Of a stretch of DNA of 64,000 bases, positions 45,360 to 54,541 are shown piece by piece. This DNA is from Chloroflexota bacterium (lineage in GTDB: Bacteria; Chloroflexota; Dehalococcoidia; Lucifugimonadales; UBA3495): contig VXTR01000014.1 of NCBI GenBank assembly GCA_009837355.1, forward strand, positions 10,560-74,559. The letters run 5' to 3'. The stretch's first letter is position 1; each line of letters starts with the position of its first letter. Made by a program: the position numbers and the translations under genes. The notes under the pieces are model-generated. The model made no database searches and was not told the DNA's origin. It saw nothing but the letters and a program-made list of their open reading frames with translations.

Positions 45360-46139
45360 CTAAATCAGCTGGGCCGGGGTAAAGATTCCGTCCATGTCCG
45401 CCTCGGTTGCTGGGGTCTGCGCCGGCTGACCCAGGTTGGTGTCCATGAACCAGTACACCTGCTTCAGGTGATGGGTGCTGTGGCTCAGGATGATGTTGAG
45501 CAGTTCCAGCACCGTAACCTCGCCGCCGTAATGCGCCGGCACTACCCGGTCAAACCCTTCGGTGTCGCCGCTGTGCAGGAACGCGACGAGAGCGTCGGCG
45601 ACGCCGCAGGCGTAGTCGGCGATTTCCTGCGGTTTCTGCAGGTGGGCCAGGCTCTCCCGGCACGCCCGCATGTCGTCGGAGCTCATGGATCCCCGCGTCC
45701 GGCTGGTGTAGGCCAGCTCCGGGAACGACACGATGTGAACCAGCGTATCCCGCAGCATTTCGGGCCGCCACTGCACCGGTTGCGCCAGCTGCTCTACACT
45801 CAGTTCCAACGTCGCTCGGACAGCAGCTTCCAGGATCAGGCGGTACTTGTCCGCCAGCCAGGCCGTCTTGCCCGACAGGTCGATGGGCGCGTCCTCCAGC
45901 CCCAGGGCCGGAATCAGCTTCTTCGGGTAGTACCCGATGATGACCTCGGTACCGTCGATGATGGTGACGGGCGCGGACAGGACGCCGCGGGCTTTCAGGT
46001 CTTCGCGGGCTGCGTCGTCGGTGAGCAGGTCGTGGTGTTCATACTGAACACCGTTGGACGCCAGGAATTCCTCAAGCGTCCGGCAGCTGAATCAACCAGG
46101 GTTGGTATAAACGTGGACTTCTCTCGTTGCGGTGGTCAT
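45360..46139 (-). CDS. glutaredoxin/NrdH-like domain (U-x-x-C) fused to a DinB/YfiT-like domain; candidate selenoprotein read through an in-frame UGA
   Basis: ATG 46139 has a GGGAGA RBS 7 nt upstream. The conceptual product is 'MTTATREVHVYTNPG-U-FSCRTLEEFLASNGVQYEHHDLLTDDAAREDLKARGVLSAPVTIIDGTEVIIGYYPKKL...' and runs in frame into the DinB ORF listed at 45360..45809. No ATG/GTG/TTG occurs for 94 codons after the TGA. A hairpin lies 11 nt downstream of the TGA. Confidence 0.6.
46056..46081 (-). promoter_or_regulatory. candidate bacterial SECIS-like hairpin
   Basis: In the mRNA, GGACGCU pairs with GGCGUCC (7 bp including one G-U). A UG bulge follows, then an upper stem AGG/CCU and the loop AAUU. 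The hairpin begins 11 nt after the UGA. Confidence 0.4.
46092..46094 (-). other. in-frame TGA at the position of the first Cys of the Grx CxxC motif (candidate Sec codon)
   Basis: Reverse complement read codon by codon: ..AAC CCT GGT TGA TTC AGC TGC CGG.. Confidence 0.6.
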
Positions 46140-46174
46140 TGTCTTGTCTCCCTTGTCTGGTGGATGTGGACGAG

Positions 46175-47713
46175 TTACTCGCCGGCGCGCAGCCAGTCGG
46201 CTTTACGCTCGGCAATCATAATGGTGGTGCAGTTGGTGTTGGCGCGGATGCAGTCGGGCATTACCGAGGCATCGGCGACGTGCAGGTTTTCCAGTCCGTA
46301 CACCCGGCAGTGCTGGTCAACCACCGCCATGGGGTCGTCGGCCGTGCCAATCTTGCAGGTGCCGGAGATGTGCTGCGACGTGCTCACGGTGCGCTTCAGC
46401 CAGCCGTTCAGCGCCTCGTCGCTCTCCAGGTCGGCCGGCAGCGGGTCCAGCAGCTCGTCGGCCACGTCCCGGTAGTGCTCGCTGTCCAGCAGGTTCACGC
46501 ACAGGCGCACTGCCTCGCGCATCCGTGACAGGTCGAACTCCTCCTGGAAGTAGTTGTAGTTCAGCGACACCTGCTCGTGGGGGTCGGTGCTGGCCAGTTG
46601 CAGGTGGCCGGAACCCACCGCCAGTTCCAGGATGCAGGTGAACCGGATTCCTTCGGCCTCCAGCGGGTCGCCGGCAATGGGCGACGAGAAGGACGATTGC
46701 ATAATCTGGATGTCGTTGCGCAGGTGGCTGCCGCTGGCGGTGTAGCGCAGGGCGACCTGGGAACGGGGGGCCGACGGGTCCAGCGGGAAGTCGTCCCTAA
46801 CCTTGACCGGAACGCGAATGTTGGGATGGTCTCGCAGGTTCTGGCCCACGCCGGGCAGCTCGTGCACCACCGGAATGCCCATCTCACGCAGGTGCTCCGC
46901 CGGGCCAACGCCGGAGAGCATCAAGAGTTGCGGCGAGCCGATGGACCCCGAGCTGAGGATGATGTCATCCCCTTCTACCGTGAACACGTCCCCGCCGCTT
47001 TCCACTTCGACTCCCACGGCCTTCTTGCCCTCAAAAACGATGCGGCGGCAGGTTACGTTAGGCCGGATGGTCAGGTTCAGGCGATGCCGAGCCTCGCGCA
47101 GGTAGGTGATGGACGTGCTCATCCGCACGCCGTTGGGGTTGTTCATGGGAATGGGGCCGACGCCGCCGGACTCGGGATGGTTCATGTCCGGGTCGTCGGG
47201 GTAGCCGGCCGCCCGGCAGGCGTTCCAGAAAGCCACCTGCGCCGGCAGCCAATCCTCGCGGCGGTGGCGGCGCACCGGAATGGGGCCGCTATTGCCGTGA
47301 AAGTCGTCGGTAATGTCGGTGTCGGTTTCCAGCTTGCGGAAGTAGGGCAGGCAGTCGGTGAACTTCCACTCGTCGTTGCCCAGGGCCGCCCAGGCGTCGT
47401 AGTCCTCCGGCACGCCCCGCAGCAGCACCTGCCCGTTGATGGCCGACGAGCCGCCCACTACCCTGCCTCTGGGCACCGGCATGGGGTTGGCCTGGCCCGG
47501 ATTGTTCGCCCAGAAGGTCCAGTTGTGCGGCGCGTTCACCGCCGAGGCCGTCTGGTCGTAGCCGTACTTCAGGTCATCCGGGTACAGTTCAAAATCGGGG
47601 TAGTCCGGCCCTGCTTCCAGCACCAGCACGGAGCGTTGCGGGTCTTCAGACAACCGAGCCGCCATGGTGCAGCCGGCCGAACCGGCCCCGATGATGATTA
47701 CGTCGTACTTCAT
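46175..47713 (-). CDS. GMC-family FAD oxidoreductase (choline-dehydrogenase-like)
   Basis: 'YDVIIIGAGSAGCTMAARLSE', 'GGSSAINGQV' and 'H.SGTCKIG' are present, with a C-terminal active-site region. Confidence 0.9.
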   Translation of the reverse strand: MKYDVIIIGAGSAGCTMAARLSEDPQRSVLVLEAGPDYPDFELYPDDLKYGYDQTASAVNAPHNWTFWANNPGQANPMPVPRGRVVGGSSAINGQVLLRGVPEDYDAWAALGNDEWKFTDCLPYFRKLETDTDITDDFHGNSGPIPVRRHRREDWLPAQVAFWNACRAAGYPDDPDMNHPESGGVGPIPMNNPNGVRMSTSITYLREARHRLNLTIRPNVTCRRIVFEGKKAVGVEVESGGDVFTVEGDDIILSSGSIGSPQLLMLSGVGPAEHLREMGIPVVHELPGVGQNLRDHPNIRVPVKVRDDFPLDPSAPRSQVALRYTASGSHLRNDIQIMQSSFSSPIAGDPLEAEGIRFTCILELAVGSGHLQLASTDPHEQVSLNYNYFQEEFDLSRMREAVRLCVNLLDSEHYRDVADELLDPLPADLESDEALNGWLKRTVSTSQHISGTCKIGTADDPMAVVDQHCRVYGLENLHVADASVMPDCIRANTNCTTIMIAERKADWLRAGE

Positions 47714-47854
47714 TGACGGGTCTCCTGAATTAAGTATCCTGATTTACAGTTGCGGAATCTCACTACGCCGGATTATCGCCCGTAACGGCGTCTCTGGCAA
47801 GTGGCGAAGGGCAACCCGGCCGGAGTGATAAAATACTTGGCGCAATATCCCACC

Positions 47855-48358
47855 ATGTGGAGCCGTTACATGAGTTTGTCATCCGAAACCCGCGCCCTCA
47901 AAATCGCCTCCTACGGCACCGCTTACGAAACCCTCATCGACGGACTCAAAGCGTTTCCTACCGAAATGTGGGACTTCCGCGATGAGTGCGGCTGCTGGAG
48001 CATCCGTGAGCACCTGGTGCACATCGCCGACAGCGAGGTCAACAGCTACGTCCGCTGCCGCCGCTTCATCGCCGAGCCGGGTGAGCCGCTGATGGCCTAC
48101 GACGAAAACGGCTGGGCCGACGCCCTGGGCTACGAAAACCGCGACCCTGCGGAGGCCATCGAGCTGTTCCGCCTGCTCCGCCAGCAGACCCACACCCTCA
48201 TCAAGTCCCTGCCCGAATCCGCTTGGGCCAACACCTGCTACCATCCCGAGAACGGGGACATGACCCTGGACGACTGGCTGATGGTGTATGAAGCTCACAT
48301 CCCTGAACACCTGCAGTACATGCGGGAAAACTACGACGCCTGGCGCGCCGCTTCCTGA
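47855..48358 (+). CDS. DinB-family protein
   Basis: 'WSIREHLVHIADSE' and 'YEAHIPEHL' are His-containing helices typical of DinB. The start is uncertain (47855 or 47870). Confidence 0.7.
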   Translation: MWSRYMSLSSETRALKIASYGTAYETLIDGLKAFPTEMWDFRDECGCWSIREHLVHIADSEVNSYVRCRRFIAEPGEPLMAYDENGWADALGYENRDPAEAIELFRLLRQQTHTLIKSLPESAWANTCYHPENGDMTLDDWLMVYEAHIPEHLQYMRENYDAWRAAS

Positions 48359-48421
48359 TTCGCCAACCCGTTCCAATTACGTTATACTGCCGCCATCACC
48401 GCCACAACGAGGAGATTTGCC

Positions 48422-49606
48422 ATGCAGTTCGGCCTGCTTTACGAATGTCAGCGTCCCTTCCAGGGCACTGAGATCGATTGGAACGCCCTTTACAAAGAAA
48501 CCCTGGAACAGTGCGAATTGGCCGACCAGGTTGGCTTCGATAACCTCTGGTTCGTTGAGCACCACTTCCTCACCGGCTTCTCCGGCTCGCCTTCCCAGGA
48601 CGCCATGTTCGGCGCCCTCAGTCGCATCACCAAGAACATCCGCATCGGCTACGGCGTCTGCATCCTGCCCTACCACCACCCCGTCCGCGTCGCCGAGCGG
48701 GTCGCCCTGCTGGACCAGCTGACAGACGGGCGCGTGGAGGTGGGCACCGGACGCTCCAACGCCTACGAGCAGACCGGCCTGGGCATCGACCCTCGCGACA
48801 CTCGCAGCCTGTGGAGCGAATCCATCAGCATGCTGCCCAAAATCTGGACCTCCGACGAGTACGAGTACGAGGGCGAGCACTGGAGCGTGCCCAAGCGCCG
48901 GGTCCTGCCCAAGCCCTTCCAGCAGCCGCATCCGCGCCTGTACCTGGCCTGCACCTCCGAGGACAGCTTCCGCTTGGCCGCCCAGAAGGGCATCGGCGTG
49001 CTGTCGTCGGCATCCTACGCTGTGGAAGTGCTGAAGGAGAAAGTCCAGATTTATCGGGACGCCCTGAAAGACTGCGAACCCGTCGGCGAATTCGTCACCG
49101 AGTTCTGGGGCAACAACGTCCATGGCTTCTGCGACGACGATGACGACTACGCCAAGGAACTGGCCGCCGAGTCCATGAAGACTTTCTTCGGCCCCGACAA
49201 GCCCTACATCGCCGGCCGCATCGGAGCCTACGAAGAACTGCTGGAAGCCTGGGGCGGTGTGCCCGACCACCTGACCGCAGACTTCAGCCGCTGGCTGCGC
49301 CAGTCTGACGAGGAACACCAGCAGCTCGCGGAGGAGGTTGGCCTCTCCCTGGACGCCGGCCCCGGCGCGGCTCGCGCTGCCATCGCCCAGCTGGACGGCA
49401 AGACCCTCTCCGACCGCGGCGTCATCATCGCCGGCAACCCGGAGTCCTGCATCAAGACCTGCCAGATGTACGAAGACATCGGCGTGGACCAGGTCATGCT
49501 TATCATGCAGACCGAGACCATCCCCCACGAAAAGGTGATGAAGTCCATCGAGAAGTTCGGCAAGGAGGTCATCCCGGCCTTCCGCAACGGCAACGGCGCC
49601 AAGTAA
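48422..49606 (+). CDS. LLM-class (luciferase-like) flavin-dependent oxidoreductase
   Basis: 'MQFGLLYE', 'GFDNLWFVEHHF' and 'LDQL..GR.E.G.G' are present. Confidence 0.85.
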   Translation: MQFGLLYECQRPFQGTEIDWNALYKETLEQCELADQVGFDNLWFVEHHFLTGFSGSPSQDAMFGALSRITKNIRIGYGVCILPYHHPVRVAERVALLDQLTDGRVEVGTGRSNAYEQTGLGIDPRDTRSLWSESISMLPKIWTSDEYEYEGEHWSVPKRRVLPKPFQQPHPRLYLACTSEDSFRLAAQKGIGVLSSASYAVEVLKEKVQIYRDALKDCEPVGEFVTEFWGNNVHGFCDDDDDYAKELAAESMKTFFGPDKPYIAGRIGAYEELLEAWGGVPDHLTADFSRWLRQSDEEHQQLAEEVGLSLDAGPGAARAAIAQLDGKTLSDRGVIIAGNPESCIKTCQMYEDIGVDQVMLIMQTETIPHEKVMKSIEKFGKEVIPAFRNGNGAK

Positions 49607-49675
49607 CCGCGCCCACTCCACCGACGGCATTGTAGGGGCGAATGCTGATTCGCCCCTACTTTTGGTTAACGAACG

Positions 49676-50617
49676 ATGACATCTCAACCGCCCGTCAAGT
49701 TCAACGTCCGCATCAACCAGTACCGCTACGGGTACGCCGACCTGCAGCGGGTGTGGCTGGAAGCCGACCGCCTGGGGTACTATTCTGCCAGCCTGTTCGA
49801 CCTGCTCAACACGGACGCGCTGGAATGCTGGACGACGCTAACCGCGCTGCTGGCCCAGACGCAGAGCATCCGTGCCGTCCCCATGGTGTTGGCCAATCCC
49901 TACCGGCATCCGGCTCTGCTGGCCAAGATGGCGGCCACCCTGGACGTCATCAGCGGCGGACGCATAACGCTGGGTATCGGCGCCGGGGGCAGCGGCAGCG
50001 ACACCCGGGCCAGCGGGCTGCCCTGGGCGTCAACTCGCCAGCGGTGCGCGATGCTCGAGGAATCCGTAAGCCTTATCCGACGGCTGTGGACGGAACCGTC
50101 GGTGGATTTTGAGGGAGGGTTTTACCGGGTCGCCGGGGCTTCCATCCAGCCCAAACCGGTGCAGCAGCCGACGCCGCCCATCCTGGTAGGCGGCCACGGC
50201 CGTCGCTACGTCCTGCCCGCCATCGGGCGCAGCGGGGACATCGCCAACGTGGGCAACAACGACACCCTGGACGACCATCGCCGGCACCAGGGCATCGTCC
50301 ACAGGGCTGCGGAAGCCGCCGGCCGCGACCCGTCCGCCATCGAGTGGACGCACAACGGCGATTGCGTCATCGCGGCGACGCAGCGGGAATACGACGCGCT
50401 GGTCGCCCGGCTGGCCGAGCGGGCGGGAATGCCCGTCGCCGAATACCGGGCGCGACGGCTGCACAACACCCTGTCGGGCACGCCGGAGCAGGTGGCGGAG
50501 CGCATCAGCGAGTACGTGGAGTTCGGCATCCGCTACTTCTTCGTAGTTTTTCCCGACCCGGCGCCGTCGGAGACGCTGGGGCTGTTTGCTGAGGAGGTGA
50601 TGGCCCGGTTCAACTGA
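49676..50617 (+). CDS. LLM-class F420/flavin-dependent oxidoreductase
   Basis: 'A..LGYYSASLFD', 'LAKMAATLDVISGGRITLGIGAG' and 'PPILVGG' are present. Confidence 0.85.
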   Translation: MTSQPPVKFNVRINQYRYGYADLQRVWLEADRLGYYSASLFDLLNTDALECWTTLTALLAQTQSIRAVPMVLANPYRHPALLAKMAATLDVISGGRITLGIGAGGSGSDTRASGLPWASTRQRCAMLEESVSLIRRLWTEPSVDFEGGFYRVAGASIQPKPVQQPTPPILVGGHGRRYVLPAIGRSGDIANVGNNDTLDDHRRHQGIVHRAAEAAGRDPSAIEWTHNGDCVIAATQREYDALVARLAERAGMPVAEYRARRLHNTLSGTPEQVAERISEYVEFGIRYFFVVFPDPAPSETLGLFAEEVMARFN

Positions 50618-51923
50618 CTGCCGGGTGCTCGCCTTGCTGGGACGGCGACAAGCGGGGCGGGCCGAGCCTCCAGTACAGTCCGGCGCCGACTATGCTGCCA
50701 ACCGCCGCTACCACGAAAATGGGGATGTGCATCGCCAGCACAGGGTCGAAGCTGCTGATATACCCGACGGCGGGGAGCAGGCCGGATGCTGCGATGTGCT
50801 CGATGAAGAACGACGTTACGAGGATGGCCCCAAAACTGCGCCGACCGAAATAGACGCCAATCGCGGCGATGGCCGGAGCGGTGGCCATCCCAGAGGCGAC
50901 GCCCAGCAAGACGGCCGTTTCCAGCAACACCGGCCCGAATCCCGCCAGCAACAGGCCTATCCCAACCGCTTGGGCCAGAGATGCCGCGAAGAGCACATAC
51001 CGGACGGGAAGGCGATAGCTCGCCAACCCGCCGACCAGGATGCCGGCGGTTGACGCGTACTCTTTGTAGGTACCAAACTTATCGATGGCTTCGAGGGTGG
51101 CGCCGCCCGGCGAGATGGCAAAGTAAGCGTAAACGTTGGCGGTCGAAGCGGCGGCGGCAACGCAAGCGCCGGCGGCCATCAGCATCCAGAACCGACCCGA
51201 GCGCATGGCTTCCCGCCAAGAGTAGTTCGGAAAGCTGCCGTCCGGCGCTGGCGCCAACCCATCGGGATGTTCTCCCCAGTCCTCGGGGCGGTTGCGCACC
51301 AGGCGCGCCAACAGGAACGCCACCACGACTATCGCCGCGCCGAATACTGCTGTCACCAACCACCAACTGGATACCGCAAGCAGTACGGGTAGAACGCCAC
51401 CGACGACGGCCTTGCTGAGCGCCACTGCAAACAGCATCAAGGCCAACGCCAACCCCAGCCGTTCGCGAAACCAGTTGTTCAGGGTCGTTATCGCCGGCAC
51501 GTAGGCGCCAATGAGCGCCAGGGCGGCGATTCCGGCGAATGCAACCTGCACAATGCCGCTAATCGGAAGGGCCGCCGACAGCACGGCCAGTCCCACCAGG
51601 GGCAACCCGACTTGCGCCATTCGCCTCGGCCCTAATCGGTCCACACCTCGGCCGGCGATAAACAGGGACAGCAACCAGCCGATCGCGGCTACAGCAATCA
51701 CGACGGCATTCCAGGGTGGGCCAATCCCGACATGGTCCACAGCCCGGCTGGCCCAGGCCGCGTTGGTCAATGCGCCGCCCATTTCCCGGCCGACGATGAC
51801 TATCAGCGCAGCGACGACGACCAGCCGCCAGCCGTAGAACACTCCGCCGGCATTATCGCTGCGGACGAACTCCGACAGCCAACTGGTCATCCCACGCCGG
51901 GCGTCATCTTCGCCGGGAGCCAT
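50610..51923 (-). CDS. MFS transporter (OFA-like)
   Basis: I take the start at MAPGEDD (51923). The longer ORF would overlap the upstream gene by 110 nt. 'FYGWRLVVVA' and about 12 TM segments are present. Confidence 0.75.
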   Translation of the reverse strand: MAPGEDDARRGMTSWLSEFVRSDNAGGVFYGWRLVVVAALIVIVGREMGGALTNAAWASRAVDHVGIGPPWNAVVIAVAAIGWLLSLFIAGRGVDRLGPRRMAQVGLPLVGLAVLSAALPISGIVQVAFAGIAALALIGAYVPAITTLNNWFRERLGLALALMLFAVALSKAVVGGVLPVLLAVSSWWLVTAVFGAAIVVVAFLLARLVRNRPEDWGEHPDGLAPAPDGSFPNYSWREAMRSGRFWMLMAAGACVAAAASTANVYAYFAISPGGATLEAIDKFGTYKEYASTAGILVGGLASYRLPVRYVLFAASLAQAVGIGLLLAGFGPVLLETAVLLGVASGMATAPAIAAIGVYFGRRSFGAILVTSFFIEHIAASGLLPAVGYISSFDPVLAMHIPIFVVAAVGSIVGAGLYWRLGPPRLSPSQQGEHPAVS

Positions 51924-51933
51924 CAATCGTAGT

Positions 51934-51964
51934 CCCCGTTCAATCCATAGCCCCCGTTCAATCC
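51934..51964. repeat. two copies of CCCCGTTCAATCC, 18-bp period, in the junction between the two MFS genes
   Basis: Copies at 51934-51946 and 51952-51964 are read directly. The second overlaps the upstream gene's stop codon. Confidence 0.7.
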
Positions 51965-53373
51965 GACGCTCCTGCTCCCCGGGCCACCAACCGCCGCACG
52001 TCCGCCTGTCGTCGCTGGGTCGCCGAGAGTCGCGGGTTCCCCAGCAGCAGGAACATGAATGAGCCAACCGCGCTGACGATGGCGATGGTGGCGAACGGGA
52101 GCGTGTACGTACCCGTGACGCTGTCCCGCATCCAGGCGATGTAGGGTACCACCACTATGAACATGATATTCATCGGTATCATGGAGATACCCGTAATCCG
52201 CGCGAAGCTGACCCGCCCGAAATACACCCCTCGTATCGATGTCGTCAGCGGCGTCCGCCCGCCGAATCCCATGCCCATCAGGATGGCGAACAGGAAAAAC
52301 AGCGGCAGCGTATCAGCGAACAGCAGCACTCCGATGGCGATGGATTGCAGGAACGAAAAGGCAAAAATCGCAATGCGTATCGGTATCCGATCTCCCACCA
52401 TCCCACCAATCACCATGAACGCCGTGGATACCGCCGTCTGCACCGATATCACCAGCCCCACCTGCACCAGGTCAAACCCTCGCTCCACCATCACCAACCC
52501 CAGGTAGGTCATCACGCTGATGATGATGATTGACGAACTGGCGTGTCCCATGGTGATGAGCCAGAATGTCCGCGTCCTGACCGCTTCCTGCCAGGTATAT
52601 TCCGGCGCGGTGGCGCCGCCTCCGTTGGCCGAGCGGCGCGGCCCCGATGCCGCAACTGTCGTCGGGTCTATGCCGTCGGGATGCTGGTCGTGGTCCTCTG
52701 GCCGGTTGCGCACCAGCCAGGCCAGCGGTAAGGCAGCCACTAGCGCTACCGCTCCTGCCACCAGGGCGGTGTTCTGCCAGCCCAGGCGACCCGGTATTTC
52801 GGCGGCGGCCTGCGCGTCCCAGCCCATCATCCAGGCCATCAGCGGAACGATTATCACGCCGCCCAAGCCGAACCCCAGCATAGGTATCGACATCGCCGTG
52901 GAACGCCTGCGCCGGAACCAGTTATTCAATGCGGCGTTGGCCGGCAGCCATGAACCCAATCCCCCGCCCAAGCTGATTACGACGAAGGAGACGTAGAACA
53001 TCCACAGGTTCGCCGTCCGGCTGAACAGCAGGAACCCCAGCCCAAATATCACCAGGCCGATGAACACCATCCGGCGCGGGCCCAGCTTGTCCACCCCCCA
53101 GCCGGCAATCGGCCCCATCACCGTCCCCTCAACCCGCGTCAGCGTGAACGCCCAGGACAACTGGGTAGGCGTCCATCCGAAGTGTCCCTGCAGCACCGGC
53201 ATCCAAAGGGAAAGGGCCTGGAACAGTGGCACCGTCCCGATGACCATGATGACGGCCCCGATGAGCGCCAGCCACCACCCGTAGAATATTCCCCGGGCCA
53301 GGCGCACCGGGTGAGCCAGCTCACGTGCCTGTAACAACCGCCTGCTCCATACCAAGACTACGACAATCGCCAA
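51958..53373 (-). CDS. MFS transporter (OFA-like), paralogue of the downstream gene
   Basis: 'FYGWWLALIGA' and about 12 TM segments are present. The TTG start at 53373 is uncertain. Confidence 0.75.
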   Translation of the reverse strand: MAIVVVLVWSRRLLQARELAHPVRLARGIFYGWWLALIGAVIMVIGTVPLFQALSLWMPVLQGHFGWTPTQLSWAFTLTRVEGTVMGPIAGWGVDKLGPRRMVFIGLVIFGLGFLLFSRTANLWMFYVSFVVISLGGGLGSWLPANAALNNWFRRRRSTAMSIPMLGFGLGGVIIVPLMAWMMGWDAQAAAEIPGRLGWQNTALVAGAVALVAALPLAWLVRNRPEDHDQHPDGIDPTTVAASGPRRSANGGGATAPEYTWQEAVRTRTFWLITMGHASSSIIIISVMTYLGLVMVERGFDLVQVGLVISVQTAVSTAFMVIGGMVGDRIPIRIAIFAFSFLQSIAIGVLLFADTLPLFFLFAILMGMGFGGRTPLTTSIRGVYFGRVSFARITGISMIPMNIMFIVVVPYIAWMRDSVTGTYTLPFATIAIVSAVGSFMFLLLGNPRLSATQRRQADVRRLVARGAGASD

Positions 53374-53526
53374 TCCTCACCGCGATTTCATCAAGCATCG
53401 CTGAACATTATACTATCCCCAACCTCATATTCGTGTTTCAAACCATTCACACTGGCGAGCAATCAAAATCCCCTCTCCCATGGCGGGAGAAGGGAAAGGT
53501 GAGCCAGGGCCGGGAGCGACCGGGCC

Positions 53527-54540
53527 CTACTCGTACAAATGGCAGGCCGTCGTGTGCCCTGCCTCATACTGCCTCAGTACCGGCACGTCTGACGAGCATC
53601 GTTCCAGTACGAACGGGCAGCGCGGATGAAATGCGCAGCCTCCTGGCGGGTTCAACGGCGACGGCACTTCGCCCGTCAGCACTATCTCCTCCCGCTGCTG
53701 CCTGGGATGAGCCGGCAGCGAGGCCGATATCAGCGCCTTGGTGTACGGGTGCTGCGCGTTGGTGAACAGCTCTATTGGCGGCGCCTCTTCCACGATTTTG
53801 CCCAGGTACATCACCCCGACCATGTGGCTCATGTAACGAACCGTCGCCAGATTGTGCGCAATGAGCAGGTAGCTCAACTCGTAGGTGGCCTGCAACTCTT
53901 TCAGCAGGTTCAGAATCTGCGCCCGGATTGACACGTCCAGCGCCGATACCGGCTCGTCCAGCACTATCAGCTTGGGCCGTGTCGATAGCGCCCGGGCAAT
54001 GGCGATACGCTGCCGCTGCCCGCCGCTGAACTCATGGGGATAACGCTCTCCGTGGAACGGGTGCAGCCCCACCACTTGCAGCAACTCCTGTACCTGCGAC
54101 TGCACTGCGGAGCGGCTCAGCTTCTGGTGCGTAATCAGCGGTTCCGAAATAATCTGGTCAACCCGCATTCGGGGATTTAGTGAGCTCCACGGGTCTTGAA
54201 ACACCGCCTGCACCGACGAACGGAAGTTGCGCCGCTCCGCTCCGGAAAACTGGTGCATCGGCCGGCTGTCGAAGTAAATGCTGCCCTCGGTGGGCTGGTC
54301 CGCCATCAGCAGCATCCGGCTGGTGGTGGTCTTGCCGCAGCCCGACTCTCCCACCAGGCTGTAGGTCTGGCCGGGCATGATGTTGATGGAGATGCCGTCC
54401 ACCGCCTTGACCGTGCCCGTCCGTTTCCGCAGCAGGTTGCCGCGATACACGGGGAAGTGTCGGCGGATTCCCTCCAGTCGCACCAGGGCGTCTTCGCCGG
54501 CCGTCTGTGTCCCCTCCATTGCTATGGCAGTTGCAGCCAT
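53527..54540 (-). CDS. peptide/nickel ABC transporter ATPase (DppF/OppF type)
   Basis: I take the start at MAATAIAM (54540), 1 nt after the upstream stop. 'GESGCGKTTT', 'FSGGQRQRIAIARAL' and 'IVLDEPVSALD' are present, with a C-terminal 'GCAFHPRC'. Confidence 0.9.
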   Translation of the reverse strand: MAATAIAMEGTQTAGEDALVRLEGIRRHFPVYRGNLLRKRTGTVKAVDGISINIMPGQTYSLVGESGCGKTTTSRMLLMADQPTEGSIYFDSRPMHQFSGAERRNFRSSVQAVFQDPWSSLNPRMRVDQIISEPLITHQKLSRSAVQSQVQELLQVVGLHPFHGERYPHEFSGGQRQRIAIARALSTRPKLIVLDEPVSALDVSIRAQILNLLKELQATYELSYLLIAHNLATVRYMSHMVGVMYLGKIVEEAPPIELFTNAQHPYTKALISASLPAHPRQQREEIVLTGEVPSPLNPPGGCAFHPRCPFVLERCSSDVPVLRQYEAGHTTACHLYE

Positions 54541-54541
54541 C

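Noticed and set aside
45810-46091. Treating the 282-nt stretch upstream of the DinB ORF as non-coding spacer or a pseudogene remnant
   Set aside because: The stretch is in frame and encodes a complete glutaredoxin fold minus only beta1, which is supplied by the 15 codons before the TGA. The TGA sits precisely at the active-site Cys position, so a Sec codon is the more economical explanation. A pseudogene remains the alternative if no Sec machinery exists.
48377-49687. 436-aa ORF on the minus strand
   Set aside because: It is antisense to the LLM oxidoreductase. It is a shadow ORF.
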